DNA of 64,000 nucleotides from NCBI GenBank assembly GCA_038087875.1, contig CM075989.1:4650001-4714000 (forward strand). The letters run 5' to 3'. Both the position numbers and the translations under genes were made by a program. A model generated the notes under the pieces. It was not told the origin of the DNA, did no database searches, and worked only from the letters and a program-made list of their open reading frames with translations. Position 1 is the stretch's first letter, and each line of letters opens with the position of its first letter. The DNA is from Malacoraja senta (Eukaryota). This document shows positions 48,701 through 62,464 of this stretch, piece by piece.

Positions 48701-49502
48701 GATCTTTTAAAATTTGAGAGTTAAATCTCCAGAATGAATTATTCTTAGACAATCCTTCCAGTTTTAAAAAGAAAGTTAGTGGAGAATGGTCTGAAATTGA
48801 ATTTGTATGGTATATTGCATTAGATGTTTGGGGGATTAATTTTGTATCCAGCAGAAAGTAGTCTATACGTGAGTATGTCTTATGTACCATTGAGTAAAAC
48901 GAATATTCCCTGCCTGTTGGATTCACAATTCTCCAAACATCTGCTATATTAGTGTTATTTATGTAGGTATTGAGGAGTTCCCCAGTTTTCGATTTCATAT
49001 TCCCTCTCTGTTTTTGACTTGATTTATCTAAGTACGGATCTAAAACACAGTTAAAGTCTCCGCCTATTATAACATTTTGATAGTTTGACTCTGCAATTAT
49101 ATTGAAGATTTTATTGAAAAAGTGGGGGTTATCAAAGTTAGGGGCATATATATTTACCAAAGTAAGTGGAGTGTCATGGATTTCTCCATTAACTATTAGG
49201 TATCTCCCTTCTATATCTGTTATAATATTCTTTGCTTTAAATGGTATACCTTTTCTTATGATAATTGACGTGCCTCTAGATTTTGAAGTGAATGAAGAGT
49301 GGTATGTTTGACCTATCCATTTCGCCCTCAGCCTAACTTGGTCCTGAGGTTTTAGGTGTGTTTCTTGTAGGAAGGTAATGTCAGAATTATACATTTTTAG
49401 CTGAGCTAATATCTTACCCCTTTTGATAGGTTCGTTAATACCTCTTATATTCCAACTACAAAATGAGATTCCTCCTAGGTTCTTTTGTGTGGTGTCATGC
49501 AT
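45711..49502 (-). pseudogene. L1 ORF2 (APE endonuclease, RT, Cys domain) with a single in-frame TAA at 46976-46974
   Basis: SWNIRG, LQETH, GGDFN, SRIDY, SDH, SLDAEKAFD, RQGCSLSP and LYADD. The two ORF-track pieces share one frame. Confidence 0.95.
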
Positions 49503-50309
49503 TTTGAATAATTATAGTACCTTTGAATCTTGTGGTGCGTCCATATCCCAGGTCTTTAGGTATTGGGGGAGTTTTTGAATTATTAACTTTTGTTGGTATG
49601 TCCATATTATTCTTATCACTAAACACAAAACACAAACAAGTGATTTTATGTGATAAAAAAAAAACTAAAAAAGTGAGGCTACAGTGTCTATAGTCGGCAC
49701 TGTAGCGAGTGACCCACCTGTAGGTGGGAAAAAACCTTATTTTGACTTCCATTGCGATGTTGCTCAACTCGCTCCGCTCTCTTAGTTAATCATAACATAT
49801 TAAAATATTAAAACGAGGCCTCACATTCAGATATATAATACAATTTTACCCTGATATTTCCTTATAACATATATATATATATCAGAGTTTAATTATTAAA
49901 CCAATATTTTTGATTTCAATAAGAATCAGCTGTTGGTTGAAGGGGTTAACGAGACGTGCTCCTGGACATAAGCCAGGAGCTCGTTTCTCATCCCCTCCTC
50001 CCGCTTATAGACAAGGTTACAATTTATTAAAAATTCATATTAGTATGTTAGTTCATTATTTTTTTGTTTTTTTTGTTAGTATTCTAATCTAACCTGCATA
50101 ACTTTTAAAGTTGTTAATAGGATAAGTTCTTACAATTGGTTATAACATTTTAATCAATAAGCAATTATTTTCTAATTCATATCCAGCTATAAAGTTGTTT
50201 ACACGTTTTGAACAGAAAATGTCCTTGCTTCAACATTCCAGAGATAACAATGTAACTATCCCCAGACAAAACATAGCTAAGAATTATTCGGATCTGCCAA
50301 AGCTCCCTT

Positions 50310-51134
50310 TTATTTCTGTTTTTCAACAATTGTTTGGGCATATTTGAAAGCGTCTTCAGGCTTAACAAATGACTTTTCAAGACCATTAAAAGAAATACGC
50401 ATTTTCGCGGGATAAAAAACCCCAAATCTGACCCCTTCTCTCCCTCTTAAAAGATCTTTAACCTTATCAAATTTATTTCTTTTTTGCACAATTTCATGTG
50501 GGTAGTCCCTGAATATCTTAATAGTGTCTTTGTCCAGCCGTAATTGTACACCATATTTGATTTTAGTCATAACGTATTCCAGTTCTGCAGTATCTCGAAA
50601 TTTCACTATAATATGTCGTGGATAAGCTTTTCCCGCATCAAATCTTTTTCCAAATCTTGGGACACGATGAGCCACTTTGATTTTCGGTTCCTTGGGAAGA
50701 TTCAACAGTTGTTTCAACAAGCCCATGGCAAATTCACGTACCTGTTCCCCTTCTGCCCCCTCTGAAACACCAAGAATTCTCAAATTCTGGCGTCTAGAAC
50801 GAGCTTCCAGGTCCAGGCATTTGAATGAGACTTTCTCTAATTGAGTCCCCATTTGTAGTGATGCTTGTTCGTTTTCTCGCCTCATTTGCTCATGTTCTTG
50901 CCTCAATTTCGCCATGTCTTCAACCAGTCGAGCCGTATTTTTCTCCATTTCCGTAATTGTCTGCATACTTGCAGCTACTGTTTCAAGTACAGCCGTGAAC
51001 TTATCCGTAGTAATTACATCCATCTTATCCATTTTCTCTGATAGTCCATCTTTCACCTCATCAATTCGTTTATTCATAATGTCCAGTAAATCCGTCATAT
51101 TCTTCTGGTTACCAGCATTTAAATCCTTCATCAT
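50310..51134 (-). CDS. L1 ORF1 (5'-truncated)
   Basis: Coiled coil, then DLEARSRRQNLRILGVSEG, AHRV, PRHIIVKF and FYPAKMRI, typical L1 ORF1p motifs. Confidence 0.88.
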   Translation of the reverse strand: MMKDLNAGNQKNMTDLLDIMNKRIDEVKDGLSEKMDKMDVITTDKFTAVLETVAASMQTITEMEKNTARLVEDMAKLRQEHEQMRRENEQASLQMGTQLEKVSFKCLDLEARSRRQNLRILGVSEGAEGEQVREFAMGLLKQLLNLPKEPKIKVAHRVPRFGKRFDAGKAYPRHIIVKFRDTAELEYVMTKIKYGVQLRLDKDTIKIFRDYPHEIVQKRNKFDKVKDLLRGREGVRFGVFYPAKMRISFNGLEKSFVKPEDAFKYAQTIVEKQK

Positions 51135-53696
51135 CTTCTCCCGCAGCTAGATGTTAAGTCAGTTGCACCCCATCCTAGTGCACTGGCATCAGTTTGTAAT
51201 ATCATGGAAGGTTGTTCAATCAGCACTTTGCCTCAACTGCTTGAGACATGTAGAATCCACCACTGCAGATTAGAAACAGCAGTTGTTGTTACTTGCATGG
51301 TTCTATCAAAATGAGCAGCATTTATTCTCAGTGCCTGTTCTTCTCTGCAGCTGTTGATAATGTAATGGTCCATACTGAACTGCTGGGAATCTACTAATTT
51401 TCCCAGTACTCGAGCCACCTGTCTGATTAGAGGTTTTTGCTCGTTTAACAGATTACTGCAATCTTTAATCAACTCCACCCTTTTTTCACTGGGCAAAGTA
51501 ATTTGCATTTGGGCTGAATCAATTGTGAACCTCAAATATCAATTGAGGTACATGTTTTTAACCTTGATTTCTTTGGATTAATTTAGAAACCCCGCAAACT
51601 TTCAAAAGTTTGATTTCATAACTGCAACTGATGCTTCTGTTGACTGTTTTGTCCTTCCTATAATCAGGACATCATCCAGGTATGCCATTAGTACATGCAC
51701 CTGGCTCTCAGCAACCCCAGAATTGATTTTAACAATGTTATGAATATTCTGGGAGCGAACGTTAACCCATTAGGCAGAGCTTTGAACTGCCCTAATTGGT
51801 TCATCCATTTAAATTTTAAGATACTTCATATCTTGCAAGTGAACAGACAATGAACAAAAGGATTCAGACTTGTCAAGTCTATAATCATCCTACATCATCC
51901 TTTTTTGATCGAGGGAATATATTTGACCCAAATTGGTGAATTTGGTAGACTGATTCTTCAAAAACACCTTTTATATATAGGGTTTTGAAGCGCAGCTTGA
52001 ACCTCCATTCCTTCGCAAAGTGGAGAGTTCTGCTAGGAACATGCTGGACAGGCAAATCATAATTTGGATTGAATTCGAAATCCTTGTATATTATTCAGAA
52101 TTACCACATCTGAAGTAATCTTCTTCCAATCTTTATAGAAGAAACGTAATCTGCCTCCAACTTTTGAACTTAATCCAGTTAGTATGTTCCCATGAGAACC
52201 AGGTCCACCTACCTCTTGAGTCATTTGAGTACCCTGAGATTCCTGGGTTCTCCTGGAAGCACCACCACTCCCGCTGCAGGCCGCCAGCTACGTCCCTGCG
52301 TTGATGAGCGACTTGGTCCTGGTCTAGGATCCGTATGACGTCTGAAAGGATACTTCCTCTTTACAGACTTTGTAACCATTGATGTTTTTATCAATCCTGT
52401 TTTCGCTTCATCTTCCAACTCTTTAATACGTCTCCCAAGATCCTCTCCAAAGAGTAAGTTGGGTAATTGTATATTACTTGGTTTGCAGAGTGCTGCGAAT
52501 TTCGGATTCATAGTAGGCCGTATAGCACCTTCCTCAGATAATTGATCTCGAAGTGGGTGCTGCATAGCAACCCCAGTGCTTCCTGATGCAACTTCGTCAT
52601 CTCTTGGCTGTTATCTGCTATTCTGGTAAAAGCAGTTATTCCAGAACCCAGCAGCTTTAATATTCTCTGCAACTGATTCCAGATAATTTGGTTCACTGCT
52701 TCTGCTTTCAGCAACCCACAGTTACTTGGGGTCTCCTGCTTTCTTGCAGTCTCATCCATCTCCTGCTGTTCCAGCTGATGGTAAACCAAGTAATTTATTA
52801 AGGAGGCCAGTTCTTCTCCTAATGGCTCTCCTGACCCTGACGGGGCAGCGAATCCTACTGCCAGGGGTGGAACATCTGGCAGCTGCCGTTCATCGCCTTG
52901 TACAGCCTCACCGTCAGAGTCGGGGTCTGAAATCTCATGACCCGTAGCACGCTCCTCATCCCTGAGGGTGCATTCCATCAGCCCTGAGCCAGGTGCTGTT
53001 AAGCTGCTTCCAGCAGCTTGGATTTCAGTACACTCCTTCCTGAGTGAACTTTGCTCCAACAGCCTATGTAAAAGGCTTTCTATTTGGGCAATACGCTCGA
53101 AAGCAGTATCTAGCCCTGTAACAGGAGCTGTTTGAGCTGCTTCCAGCAGCTTGGCTTTCAGTACACTCCTCCCTGAGTGAACTTTGCTCCAACAGCCTAT
53201 GTAAAAGGCTTTCTATTTGGGCAATACGCTCGAAAGCAGTATCTAGCCCTGGAGCTACTTCCATTGCCTGGGACTCCCTCCGTGGGCCATTGGGATTTAA
53301 ACTTCGTCTTTTGCCCGACAGGCGCTGACTGTGTTTTCACCAGCCCCAGGTCCACAGTCGCTATGCTTACCGCTGGCGACTGTACCGGGGTTTAGAGGCG
53401 GTTGGTCTCTAACCGCGGACTCCCGACTTTCCCGACTTTCTGTTGGCTGTGTCGCTCGCCTCTTCCCCCTGTCCGTTTTTTCCCATGGCGTCTGTGGAAA
53501 AAATCCCCATAGACCCACAGTAAACGGACCTGGAAAACATGAAAAAAGTTTTTACTTACCTTGTAGTTGAAAACCTACAAACCACTGGAGGAGCTCTGCT
53601 CCTCACGTCCGTTTGCGTCAAGGTGTCTGACGTAATGACGCGCAGGCGCACTGGCGGGGTTCTTCACGTAGTCACTCACGTGACTCCGAAGTAAAA

Positions 53697-55352
53697 CATA
53701 ATCTTTAAGTTGTAAGTATCTAAAAAAATTATTTGAATGTAATCCATAATTCTGTTATAGTTCCTGAAACGAAAGAAAAATACCGTTTCTATAAAGATGT
53801 CCCATCTTTTTAATTCCATGATTTTTGCATTGTACAAAACCTTTATCCAACACTGAGGGATTAAATGAAGGATTATTTGCAATGGGGAGAGAAAATGATA
53901 AATTATCCAATTTTAATGTCTTTTTTAATTGTTTCCAAATTTGAATTCCACTATATATTATAGGGTTTTCATTATAGATTTTTTAATTCAGTTTTGTAGG
54001 AGCTAACAGGATCGGATCAATTTCAAAAGGTAAACAATCTTCCTTTTCCATCTTTAACCAGTCTGGTTGTTGATCCATATCTTCCAACCAAAAATTTATG
54101 TTTTTGACATTGACTGCCCAAAAATAAAATAAAATGTTTGGTAAAACTAATCCTCCTTTGGTCTTGGATTTAGATAGGTGTTTTTTGCTAATTCTGTGAT
54201 TCTTATAATCCCAAATAAAAATTGTCACAATAGAATCGACTTTTTAAAATAATTTTTTGGGGAGATATATCAGGATTGATTGAAAGAGGTATAGCAATTA
54301 CGGAAGGAAAATCATTTTTATAGCATTAATTCTACCGAGCATTGAAATGAGAAGTGTTTTCCAGTATTGAATATTCTTATGCAATTTATTAAGTAAAGGC
54401 ATGAAATTTGATTTAAATAGAAAGTTATATTTCTTTGTCACATAAATTCCAAGATATGTAAATTTTTCATTAACTATTCTAAAAGGTGAATGATGCAATA
54501 TATATGAATTTGATTCCGTTATTGGCATAATCTCACTTTTGTTCCAATTAATTCTATATCCTGAAAATAAACCAAATTGAGTTATAAGATTTAACAAGTT
54601 TGGAATGCTGATTTCTGGGTTTGTAATATATAATAATACATCGTCTGCGTATAGAGAGAATTTATTAACTATTTCTTGTATTATACCCATATATTTCAGG
54701 GTGTGCTCTAACTCTTTCTGCTAGTGGTTCGATAGCAAGGGCAAATAATAACGGTGATAACGGGCATCCTTGTCTGCAACCTTTAGATAAATCAAATTTT
54801 GTTGATAGCATTTGATTTGTCATTATTCTAGCTGTTGGGTTAGTGTATAAAAGCTTAACCCATGTGCAAAACTTCTCACCCAATTGAAATTTTTCCATCA
54901 CTGAAAATAAATAGGGCCATTCCACTTGATCGAATGCTTTCTCAGCATCTAACGAGATGACTGCTAGATCTACATTAGCTATTCTGTTTGAGTATATAAT
55001 ATTAAATAATCGTCTCAAATTATAATATGTAGCGTTTTGGAATAAAGCCAGTTTGGTCAGGGTGTATTAATTTATGAATCACTAAACTTAATCTATGGGC
55101 TAAAATGTTAGTTAATATTTTCTGATCGGTGTTTAAGAGAGCGATTGCTCTATATGAACCTGGATCTTCAAGGTCCTTATCCATTTTGGGTATAAGTATT
55201 ATTGTTGATTCGTTTAAAGTTTCTGGTAGTTTCTGTTGCATGAAGGCATGAGTATATAGTGTCTTTAAGTGTGTGGAGATCAGGTCAAGAATTTTTAAAT
55301 AAAATTCGCTATTTAAACCATCCGGGCCAGCGGCCATTCCATTTTTTAAAGA
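53697..55352 (-). mobile_element. Older L1-clade ORF2 fragment (second subfamily)
   Basis: GPDGLNSEFY, SLDAEKAFD, RQGCPLSP and LYADD, with several frameshifts. Confidence 0.88.
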
Positions 55353-55366
55353 TAAAAAAAAAAAAA

Positions 55367-56010
55367 AATTCTTAAGAAAAGATTAACATTTTTAAATAGC
55401 CTGTGTCCAAATAACATTCACACAAGAATTCACAATATAACATGATTTTTAAATCTCATTGTCATGAATTTATAGGCCAAATGGAAGGAATTTAGTGTTT
55501 AATTCCTGTAAATTAATGGCCATTTAAATCATCTTGCGAATGGGATTTTGTGAAACGCGATCGTTTGGAACGTTGCAGTTGTGGTGAATTTAAATCCCAT
55601 ATCGGCAGGAAAAATACTGCCGGTTCGTATATTTACATAATCACCTTTTCGCAACGTAAAATTTTGATTAAAGGCATCCTAAGAAGCAAGTTTATATGTA
55701 AAATAAACGGCTTACTTTTACCTGTCCCGTGCGTGAAATCCGTCCCCTTTGTCGGCGTTGACGGCTTTAGAAGATGCTTTTTAATTTACTCCAGCTATTA
55801 AATTATCCAGTGCAGTTTAAAATAAATTTAATAAAACCGATGTCGAAGCGATTTTTCTTCAGCATCTAAACAGCCTGTTCAAAATCGATTTGAATAGGCT
55901 GGAGAAATACCGCATTTTAAACCCGCCCCCCTCTCAAAGGCGCCAAAGTCGCGCACACGGGCAGTGACAGAACTGCAGCGCCGCTGAAGGTAAGTTTTGT
56001 AACATACCTA
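55367..56010. mobile_element. Partial second copy of the TIR element at 3056-4084
   Basis: Reverse-complement similarity to about 3056-3700. Ends TTTTGTAACATACCTA. Confidence 0.75.
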
Positions 56011-56039
56011 CTAGTATTTGATTTTTCCATTTGAAAAAA

Positions 56040-56423
56040 AAGGTCCTGACTGTCTACCCTATCTATGCCTCTCATAATTTTATATTGCTCGTTCTGATCT
56101 CCCCAGAAACAATCCATCTGTCCAACCGCTCCCTGTAGCTATTCCTCCCTAATCCAGGCCACAATCTGGTAAACCCCCTCACCACCCTTTCCAAAGCCTC
56201 CACATCCTTCCTGTAATGGGGCAACCAAAACTGCACGCAATACTCCAAATCAGGCCCAACCAAAGTCCTAAAAAGCTGCATCGTGACTTCCTGTCTCTTA
56301 TACGCAGCGCCCCAAACAATGAAGGCTTCCTTGACCACTCTAACTATGTGTTGTCTCTTTCAGAGAGTTATGGAGCAGGACCCCAATATCCTTCAGTACA
56401 TCAATGCTGCTAAGTGTCATCCC
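56040..56423 (-). mobile_element. CR1 LINE fragment (target of the Gypsy insertion)
   Basis: LVGPDLEYCVQFWLPHYRKDVEALERV. Confidence 0.85.
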
Positions 56424-57885
56424 TGTGATGTATATGTAATATAAATGCCAGCGCCCCTTGAGGCCAAAAGCAGAAGCTGGCAAATGTGCCTGTGCCTCGT
56501 GACTGAGGTCAGGTGACCTTCTAGAAGTTTCCATTGGCTGTTCAGATGAAATCGTTCTTACAAGATGGCGGACGTGTATTTATTATGTGCTAGTCACTAC
56601 AGGGTCTTACAGCAGACATTACATGGTGTCAGAATGGCTGTACTCAAGCCACCGGGACCACTCTCCATGCAAGGGAACTTGGCCAAGAATGATAAGGACT
56701 GGATTAGGGCATTCCAGCTCTATGAGTCAGCAACAGAACTGACGAGTAAGCTAGAAAAGATTTGGTGTACAACATTCCTCCACGTGGCGGGGCCGGCCGC
56801 TCAGCAGCTTTATGAGTTTCGGTTCACCCCGGAGGAATGTGACAAAATCCAACCGCTGAAGAAAAAGTTTCAAACAAACTGTGAACCAAAAAATAACTTA
56901 ACTGTCACAAGATACATCTTTAATACATGCAATCAGCGGCGAGGGGAGGCCTTCTCCAGCTACCTGACTGCAATGACGTCTTTAGCTAATGATTGCGAGT
57001 TTGGCATTATCCATGACTCGTTGCTGTGAGACAGAATCTTCTGCGACATCACCAGCCAGCCGCTCTGGGAGAAACTTCTACAATGCGATCATTTAACACT
57101 GGAAAAATGCAGTGACATGTGTATGATCGCAGAAACATCAGCCGAGTATGTGAAGCAGATTGCCCCAACCGCCATCGACACCGAAGAGACTGTTGATTAC
57201 GTGAAACGGGACAGCGCCAGTCGGCCGAGGCAGGGACTCGCAACCCAGACAACCACGTTTGCCGGTCATGAACCCGCAGGCATAAAGTCAACTACTGCCC
57301 CGCTCAGTACATGAGATATCACACCTGCGGAGAGATTGGACATCTTTACAGATCCCCCGACTGCCCGGCAAATAGAGCGCCCAACTGCCGCCCAAGTTCC
57401 CGACAACATGACCGGCTAATCAGACAAAAGGCCGGGGACTGGAGCCGTGATGCTTGCGATATCGAGTTCCAGATGAACACTTCACCGCTGCCTGAGCCAA
57501 TGGACGACGACGTTGATGTATTCTACATTGACGCCGTGATTGACACCATTATTGAGTCAACGCGTGAATGGGGACAGATGTGCAGCATCAACAATGTTGA
57601 CATTGAGTTCAAACTCCACTCTGGCGCTCAAGTCGACATCCTGCCAGAGCACTTGTTCAGAAAGACTGGTCTTGCCTTACTGAACACGAACGTGACACTG
57701 AGGTCATACTCTGGACATACAATGAAGCCTGTGGGGCAGGCAAAGGGGAACGTCAAAGTAGGTAAGAAAGAATATAGGGTTGTCTTTCAAATAGTGAGGG
57801 GGAATGTGAAACCCATATTTGGGAAACTAACGTGTGAATAGTTAGGGTTTCTTGTGCGAAAGGAGGCGGTTGATGGCGTGAGTGT

Positions 57886-60800
57886 CAAGTCAAGTCAAGT
57901 CAAGTGAGTTTATTGTCATGTGTCTCTGATAGGACAATGAAATTCTTGCTTTGCTTCAGCACAACAGAACATAGTAGGCATTGACTACAAGGCATTCTCT
58001 AAATATATACACACTTGAATCAATATACTGATAAAGTGCAAATAACAGTATTGGCTAATAAAGTTCAGTGTTATGTCCGAGCCAGGTTTAATAGCCTGAT
58101 GGCTGTGGGGAAGTAGCTATTCCTGAACCTGGTCGTTGCAGTCCTCAGGCTCCTGTACCTTCTACCTGAAGGTAGTAAGGAGATGAGTGTGTGGCCAGGA
58201 TGGTGTGGGTCCTTGATGATACTGCCAGCCTTTTTGAGGCAGCGACTGTGATAGATCCCCTCGATGGAAGGGAGGTCAGAGCCGATGATGGACTGGGCAG
58301 TGTTTACTACTTTTTGTAGTCTTTTCCTCTGCAGGGCGCTCAAGTTGCCGAACCAAGCCACGATGCAACCGGTCAGCATGCTCTCTACTGTGCACCTGTA
58401 GAAGTTAGAGAGAGTCCTCCTTGACAAACTGACTCTCCGTAATCCTCTCAGGAAGTAGAGGCGCTGATGTGCTTTCTTAATAATGGCATCAGTGTTCTCG
58501 GACCAGGAAAGATCTTCAGAGATGTGCACGCCCAGGAATTTGAAGCTCTTGACCCTTTCAACCATCGACCCGTTGATATAAACGGGACTGTGGGTCCCCA
58601 TCCTACTCCTTCCAAAGTCCACAATCAGTTCCTTGGTTTTGCTGGTGTTGAGGGCCAGGTTATTGTGCTGGCACCATATGGACAGTTGCTCGATCTCTCT
58701 TCTATACTCTGACTCATCCCCATCAGTGATACGTTCCACAACAGTGGTGTCATCAGCGAACTTGATGATGGAGTTCGCACTATGTCCGGCTACGCAGTCA
58801 TGAGTATAGAGTGAGTACAGCAGGGGACTGAGCACGCAGCCTTGAGGTGCTCCCGTGCTAATTGTTATCGAGTCTGATACATTTCCACCAATATGAACAG
58901 ACTGTGGTCTGAGAGTGAGGAAGTCGAGGATCCAATTGCAGAGGGATGCGCAGAGACCCAGTTCTGCGAGTTTGGTAACCAGCTTGGAGGGGATGATTGT
59001 ATTAAATGCCGAGTTGTAATCGATGAATAACAGCCTGACATATGAGTTTTTGTTGTCCAAGTGGTCCAGAGCGGAGTGGAGGGCCAGCGAGATCGCATCC
59101 ACCGTTGATCTGTTGTGGCGGTAAGCGAACTGCAGTGGGTCCAGGTTTTTGTCGAGGTAGGAGTTGATCTGCATCATGATCAACCTCTCAAAGCACTTCA
59201 TCACCACAGGCGTTAGTGCCACAGGTTGATAGTCATTGAGGCACGTAATCTTACTCTTCTTGGGCACTGGTATAATTGATGCCCTTTTGAAGCAGGTGGG
59301 AACCTCAGACCTCAGAAGTGAGAGGTTGAAAATGTCCGTAAAAACTCCAGCCAGTTGGTCCGCACAGGTTTTTAGAACACGACCAGGTATACCATCAGGT
59401 CCAGGCGCTTTTCGAGGGTTCACCCCTCTGAAGGATTTCCTGACGTCGGCCTCTGTGACTGAGACTGAAATACCATCACAGTGAATGGGGGCTCGGCAAG
59501 GCACATCGGTGTTCTCCCTATCAAAGCGTGCGTAAAACGCATTGAGCTCATCAGGGAGTGATGTTTCGCCGACATTCGAGCTGCCTCCTGATTTCGCCTT
59601 GTAAGAGGTGATTGCATTCAGGCCCTGCCACAGCCGCCAAACATCTGTCTCTTCCTCCAGTTTGGAGCAGAAGTCCCTTTTGGCCTTTTTGATGGCCTTA
59701 CCAAGGTCGTATCTGGACTTCTTGTAGGCCACTGTATCATCAGACATGAATGCCCGGTGTCTGGACTTCAGAAGAGTGCGGATCTCAAAGTTCTTCCAAG
59801 GTTTCTGATTGGGAAACGCTCGGAAGGTTTTGGTGGGGATGCAGTCCTCCACACACTTCTTAATGAAGTCTGTAACGACTGTGGCGTATTTGTTCAGGTC
59901 CGTTGCCGAGTCCTTGAACATTGCCCAGTCTACAGACTCCAAACACTCCTGGAGTTGTTCCTCTGCCCCCCCCGACCAGCTCTGTACTGTCCTCACCTCT
60001 GGGGGTGCGCTCTTTAATTGCTGCCTGTAGGCAGGAAGAAGCAGCACCGCGGTATGGTCGGATTTACCGAAGTGAGGGCGAGGGATAGAACGATAGGCAT
60101 TCTTGATGGTGGTGTAGCAGTGGTCGAGGGTGTTTGGTCCTCTGGTGCAGCAGGAGACATGTTGGTGGAAGTTAGGGAGTGATTTCTTTAGGTTTGCCTT
60201 ATTGAAGTCCCCGGCTATGGTGGTGAACGCCTCGGGGTAAGACGTCTGGTGTTTGTTGACCACGGCGTGCAGCTCCTCCAGTGCCAGACGGACGTCTGCC
60301 TGGGGTGGGATGTAGACCGCGGTCAGGATGATGGAGGTGAATTCCCTCGGAAGGTAGAAGGGACGACACTTCACCGCCAGATGTTCGAGGTGTGGAGAGC
60401 AGGAGTTGGACAGGACTGCCACGTCTGAGCACCACGCAGAGTTGACCATGAGGCAGACGCCCCCTCCTCTCCCTTTCCCAGATGCCAGTGTACGGTCCAT
60501 ACGGTGGATGGAGAAACCTTCAGGCTGGACCGCTGAGTCTGGGGAGCTGGGGGTGAGCCATGTCTCTGTGAAACAGAACACAGAGCATTCCCTCAGCTCC
60601 CGTTGATTAAGCAGTCTTGCCCTTAAGTCCTCCACTTTATTTGCAAGGGACTGTACATTGGCCAGTAGGGTAGTAGGGAGAGGAGGCCGAAGTCCCTGCG
60701 CTTCAGTCTGACCTGAAGTCCTGCCCGTCGGCCACGTTTCCGGACACAATGGAGGCTTCCCCTTTGTTTCCAGGTACTGTGCTTACTGTACCTGCTGTTT

Positions 60801-60963
60801 CTGCGGACCTGCGCTGGAACGGGGATTCCTTCACAGACGGCAGCTCCAGCTCCGTAACGAACGGGGGTACCTTCAAAGTCGGCAGCTCCAGCTTCATTGT
60901 TCCTGGGAGATCCGGCCCGTCGGCTCCGGAGGTCATCCCGGGGTTCCCAGGTACAGTACCTGA
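57886..60963 (-). mobile_element. Near full-length Rex1/Babar LINE inserted in Gypsy pol
   Basis: Open APE+RT frame at 58071-60749 (LANVQSL, FTETW, GDFN, SDH, FADD). (ACTTG)n tail. 7-bp TSD TGAGTGT (57879-57885 and 60964-60970). Confidence 0.94.
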
Positions 60964-62464
60964 TGAGTGTGAGCCCATCATACACTGCGAGGATCATTGA
61001 GGAAAACCGCGAGATTTTCCAAGGGCTGGGAAGGCTAAAATAACATGAGTACATAGCGCGGCAAGAGAACATGCAACCTAAGCAAAACCCCTATAAGATC
61101 AGGGATAAGGTCAAAGCCGAATTAGAGCGCATGGAAAGCTTGGGAGTCATAAAGCCCGTGAGCGAACCGACAGATTGGGTGAATTCAATGACTGTGGTTA
61201 GCAAGCCTAATGGCGAAGTCCGCATATGCCTTGACCCACGTGACCTCAATGCGGCCATTCGTAGGGAGCATTTCCCGATGCCGACGTTCGAGAACATTGC
61301 AGCCCGCATGCCGAAGGAAGAATGGTTCTCGAAATTTGACGCTACAAGTGGGTACTGGCAGTTCCTACTGAGCGATGACAGCTTGCATCTGACCATATTT
61401 AATACTCCCTTTGGTACCTCGTGCTTCCATTTGGAATCTCATCCGCAAGTGAGATTTGGCAGCGGGCGATGCAGGAAGAGTTTGGCGATTTAGAAGGGGT
61501 GGAGATAGTTGTTGACGACATTCTCGTTTGGGATGTGAATGCAGCACAACATGACGCAAGGGTGAAAGCCCTACTCGAACGGGTGAAAGAATCCGGCTTA
61601 AAGCTCAATCCCAGAAAGTCGCTAATGCGCTCAAACGAGATTGAATATGTGGGACACGTCATCTCGCAAGCAGCCGTGTCACCAAGCTGAAGTTATGTAA
61701 GAAATCTGCAATTATATTGTCGCTTACTATTATGTGTATACATGCTTCTAATAAAAATATTTAAATAAAGAAAGGGTTGGCCTAGTAACAGGCGTGATCT
61801 GCCCTCGGACTTGATTCCATTTCATACATACCATGATGAGCTGATTGAAGTCGATGGATTAGTCTTGAGGGAAAACCAAATCGTTGTCCCCCAAAGCATG
61901 CGGAGGCAGATGCTGAACGCGCTACATGAATCGCATCTGGGAGTAGTGAAACTTAAACAACGAGCCCGCAATGTATTTATGTGGCCTGGAATGAATGCAC
62001 AAATTGAGGACACAGTGGGAAATTGCTCGATATGCCAGGCGACTAGGAAAGCACAAGCAAGCGAGCTGCTACAACCACACTTCATCCCCAGCAGACCTTG
62101 GTCTAAGGTCGGCGCAGACATCTCCCATCTGGATGGAGTTGACCATTTGCTTGTAGTAGACTATTACTCCAAGTACCCAGAAATAGCGCGACTGACAGAC
62201 ATGACGTCACATTCGGTGATACGTGAGATGACGGGCATGTTTGCCCGGAATGGTATTCCTTGGTGATGACAGACAACGTGAGACAATTTGACTGTGCTGA
62301 GTTTCATAGAAACATAGAAACATAGAAAATAGGTGCAGGAGAAGGCCATTCGGCCCTTCGAGCCTGCACCGCCATTCAATATGATCATGGCTGATCATCC
62401 AACTCAGTATCCCGTACCTGCCTTCTCTCCATACCCCCTGATCCCTTTTGCCACAAAGGCCACA

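Larger units (their letters stand above)
45288..51140 (-). mobile_element. Near full-length L1-clade LINE
   Basis: Poly(A) tail at 45288, ORF2 and ORF1. 15-bp TSD CCGCAGCTAGATGTT (45273-45287 and 51141-51155). Confidence 0.96.
44826..53696 (-). mobile_element. DIRS-type retrotransposon relic (gag, RT, RNase H) split by L1; pieces 44826-45287 and 51141-53696
   Basis: Minus strand FKALPNGL, MAYLDDVLIIG, LQTDASALGWGA, AVAYINDMGG and YLPGRMNTIAD. gag-like LPNLLFGEDL. The tyrosine recombinase is not seen. Confidence 0.8.
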
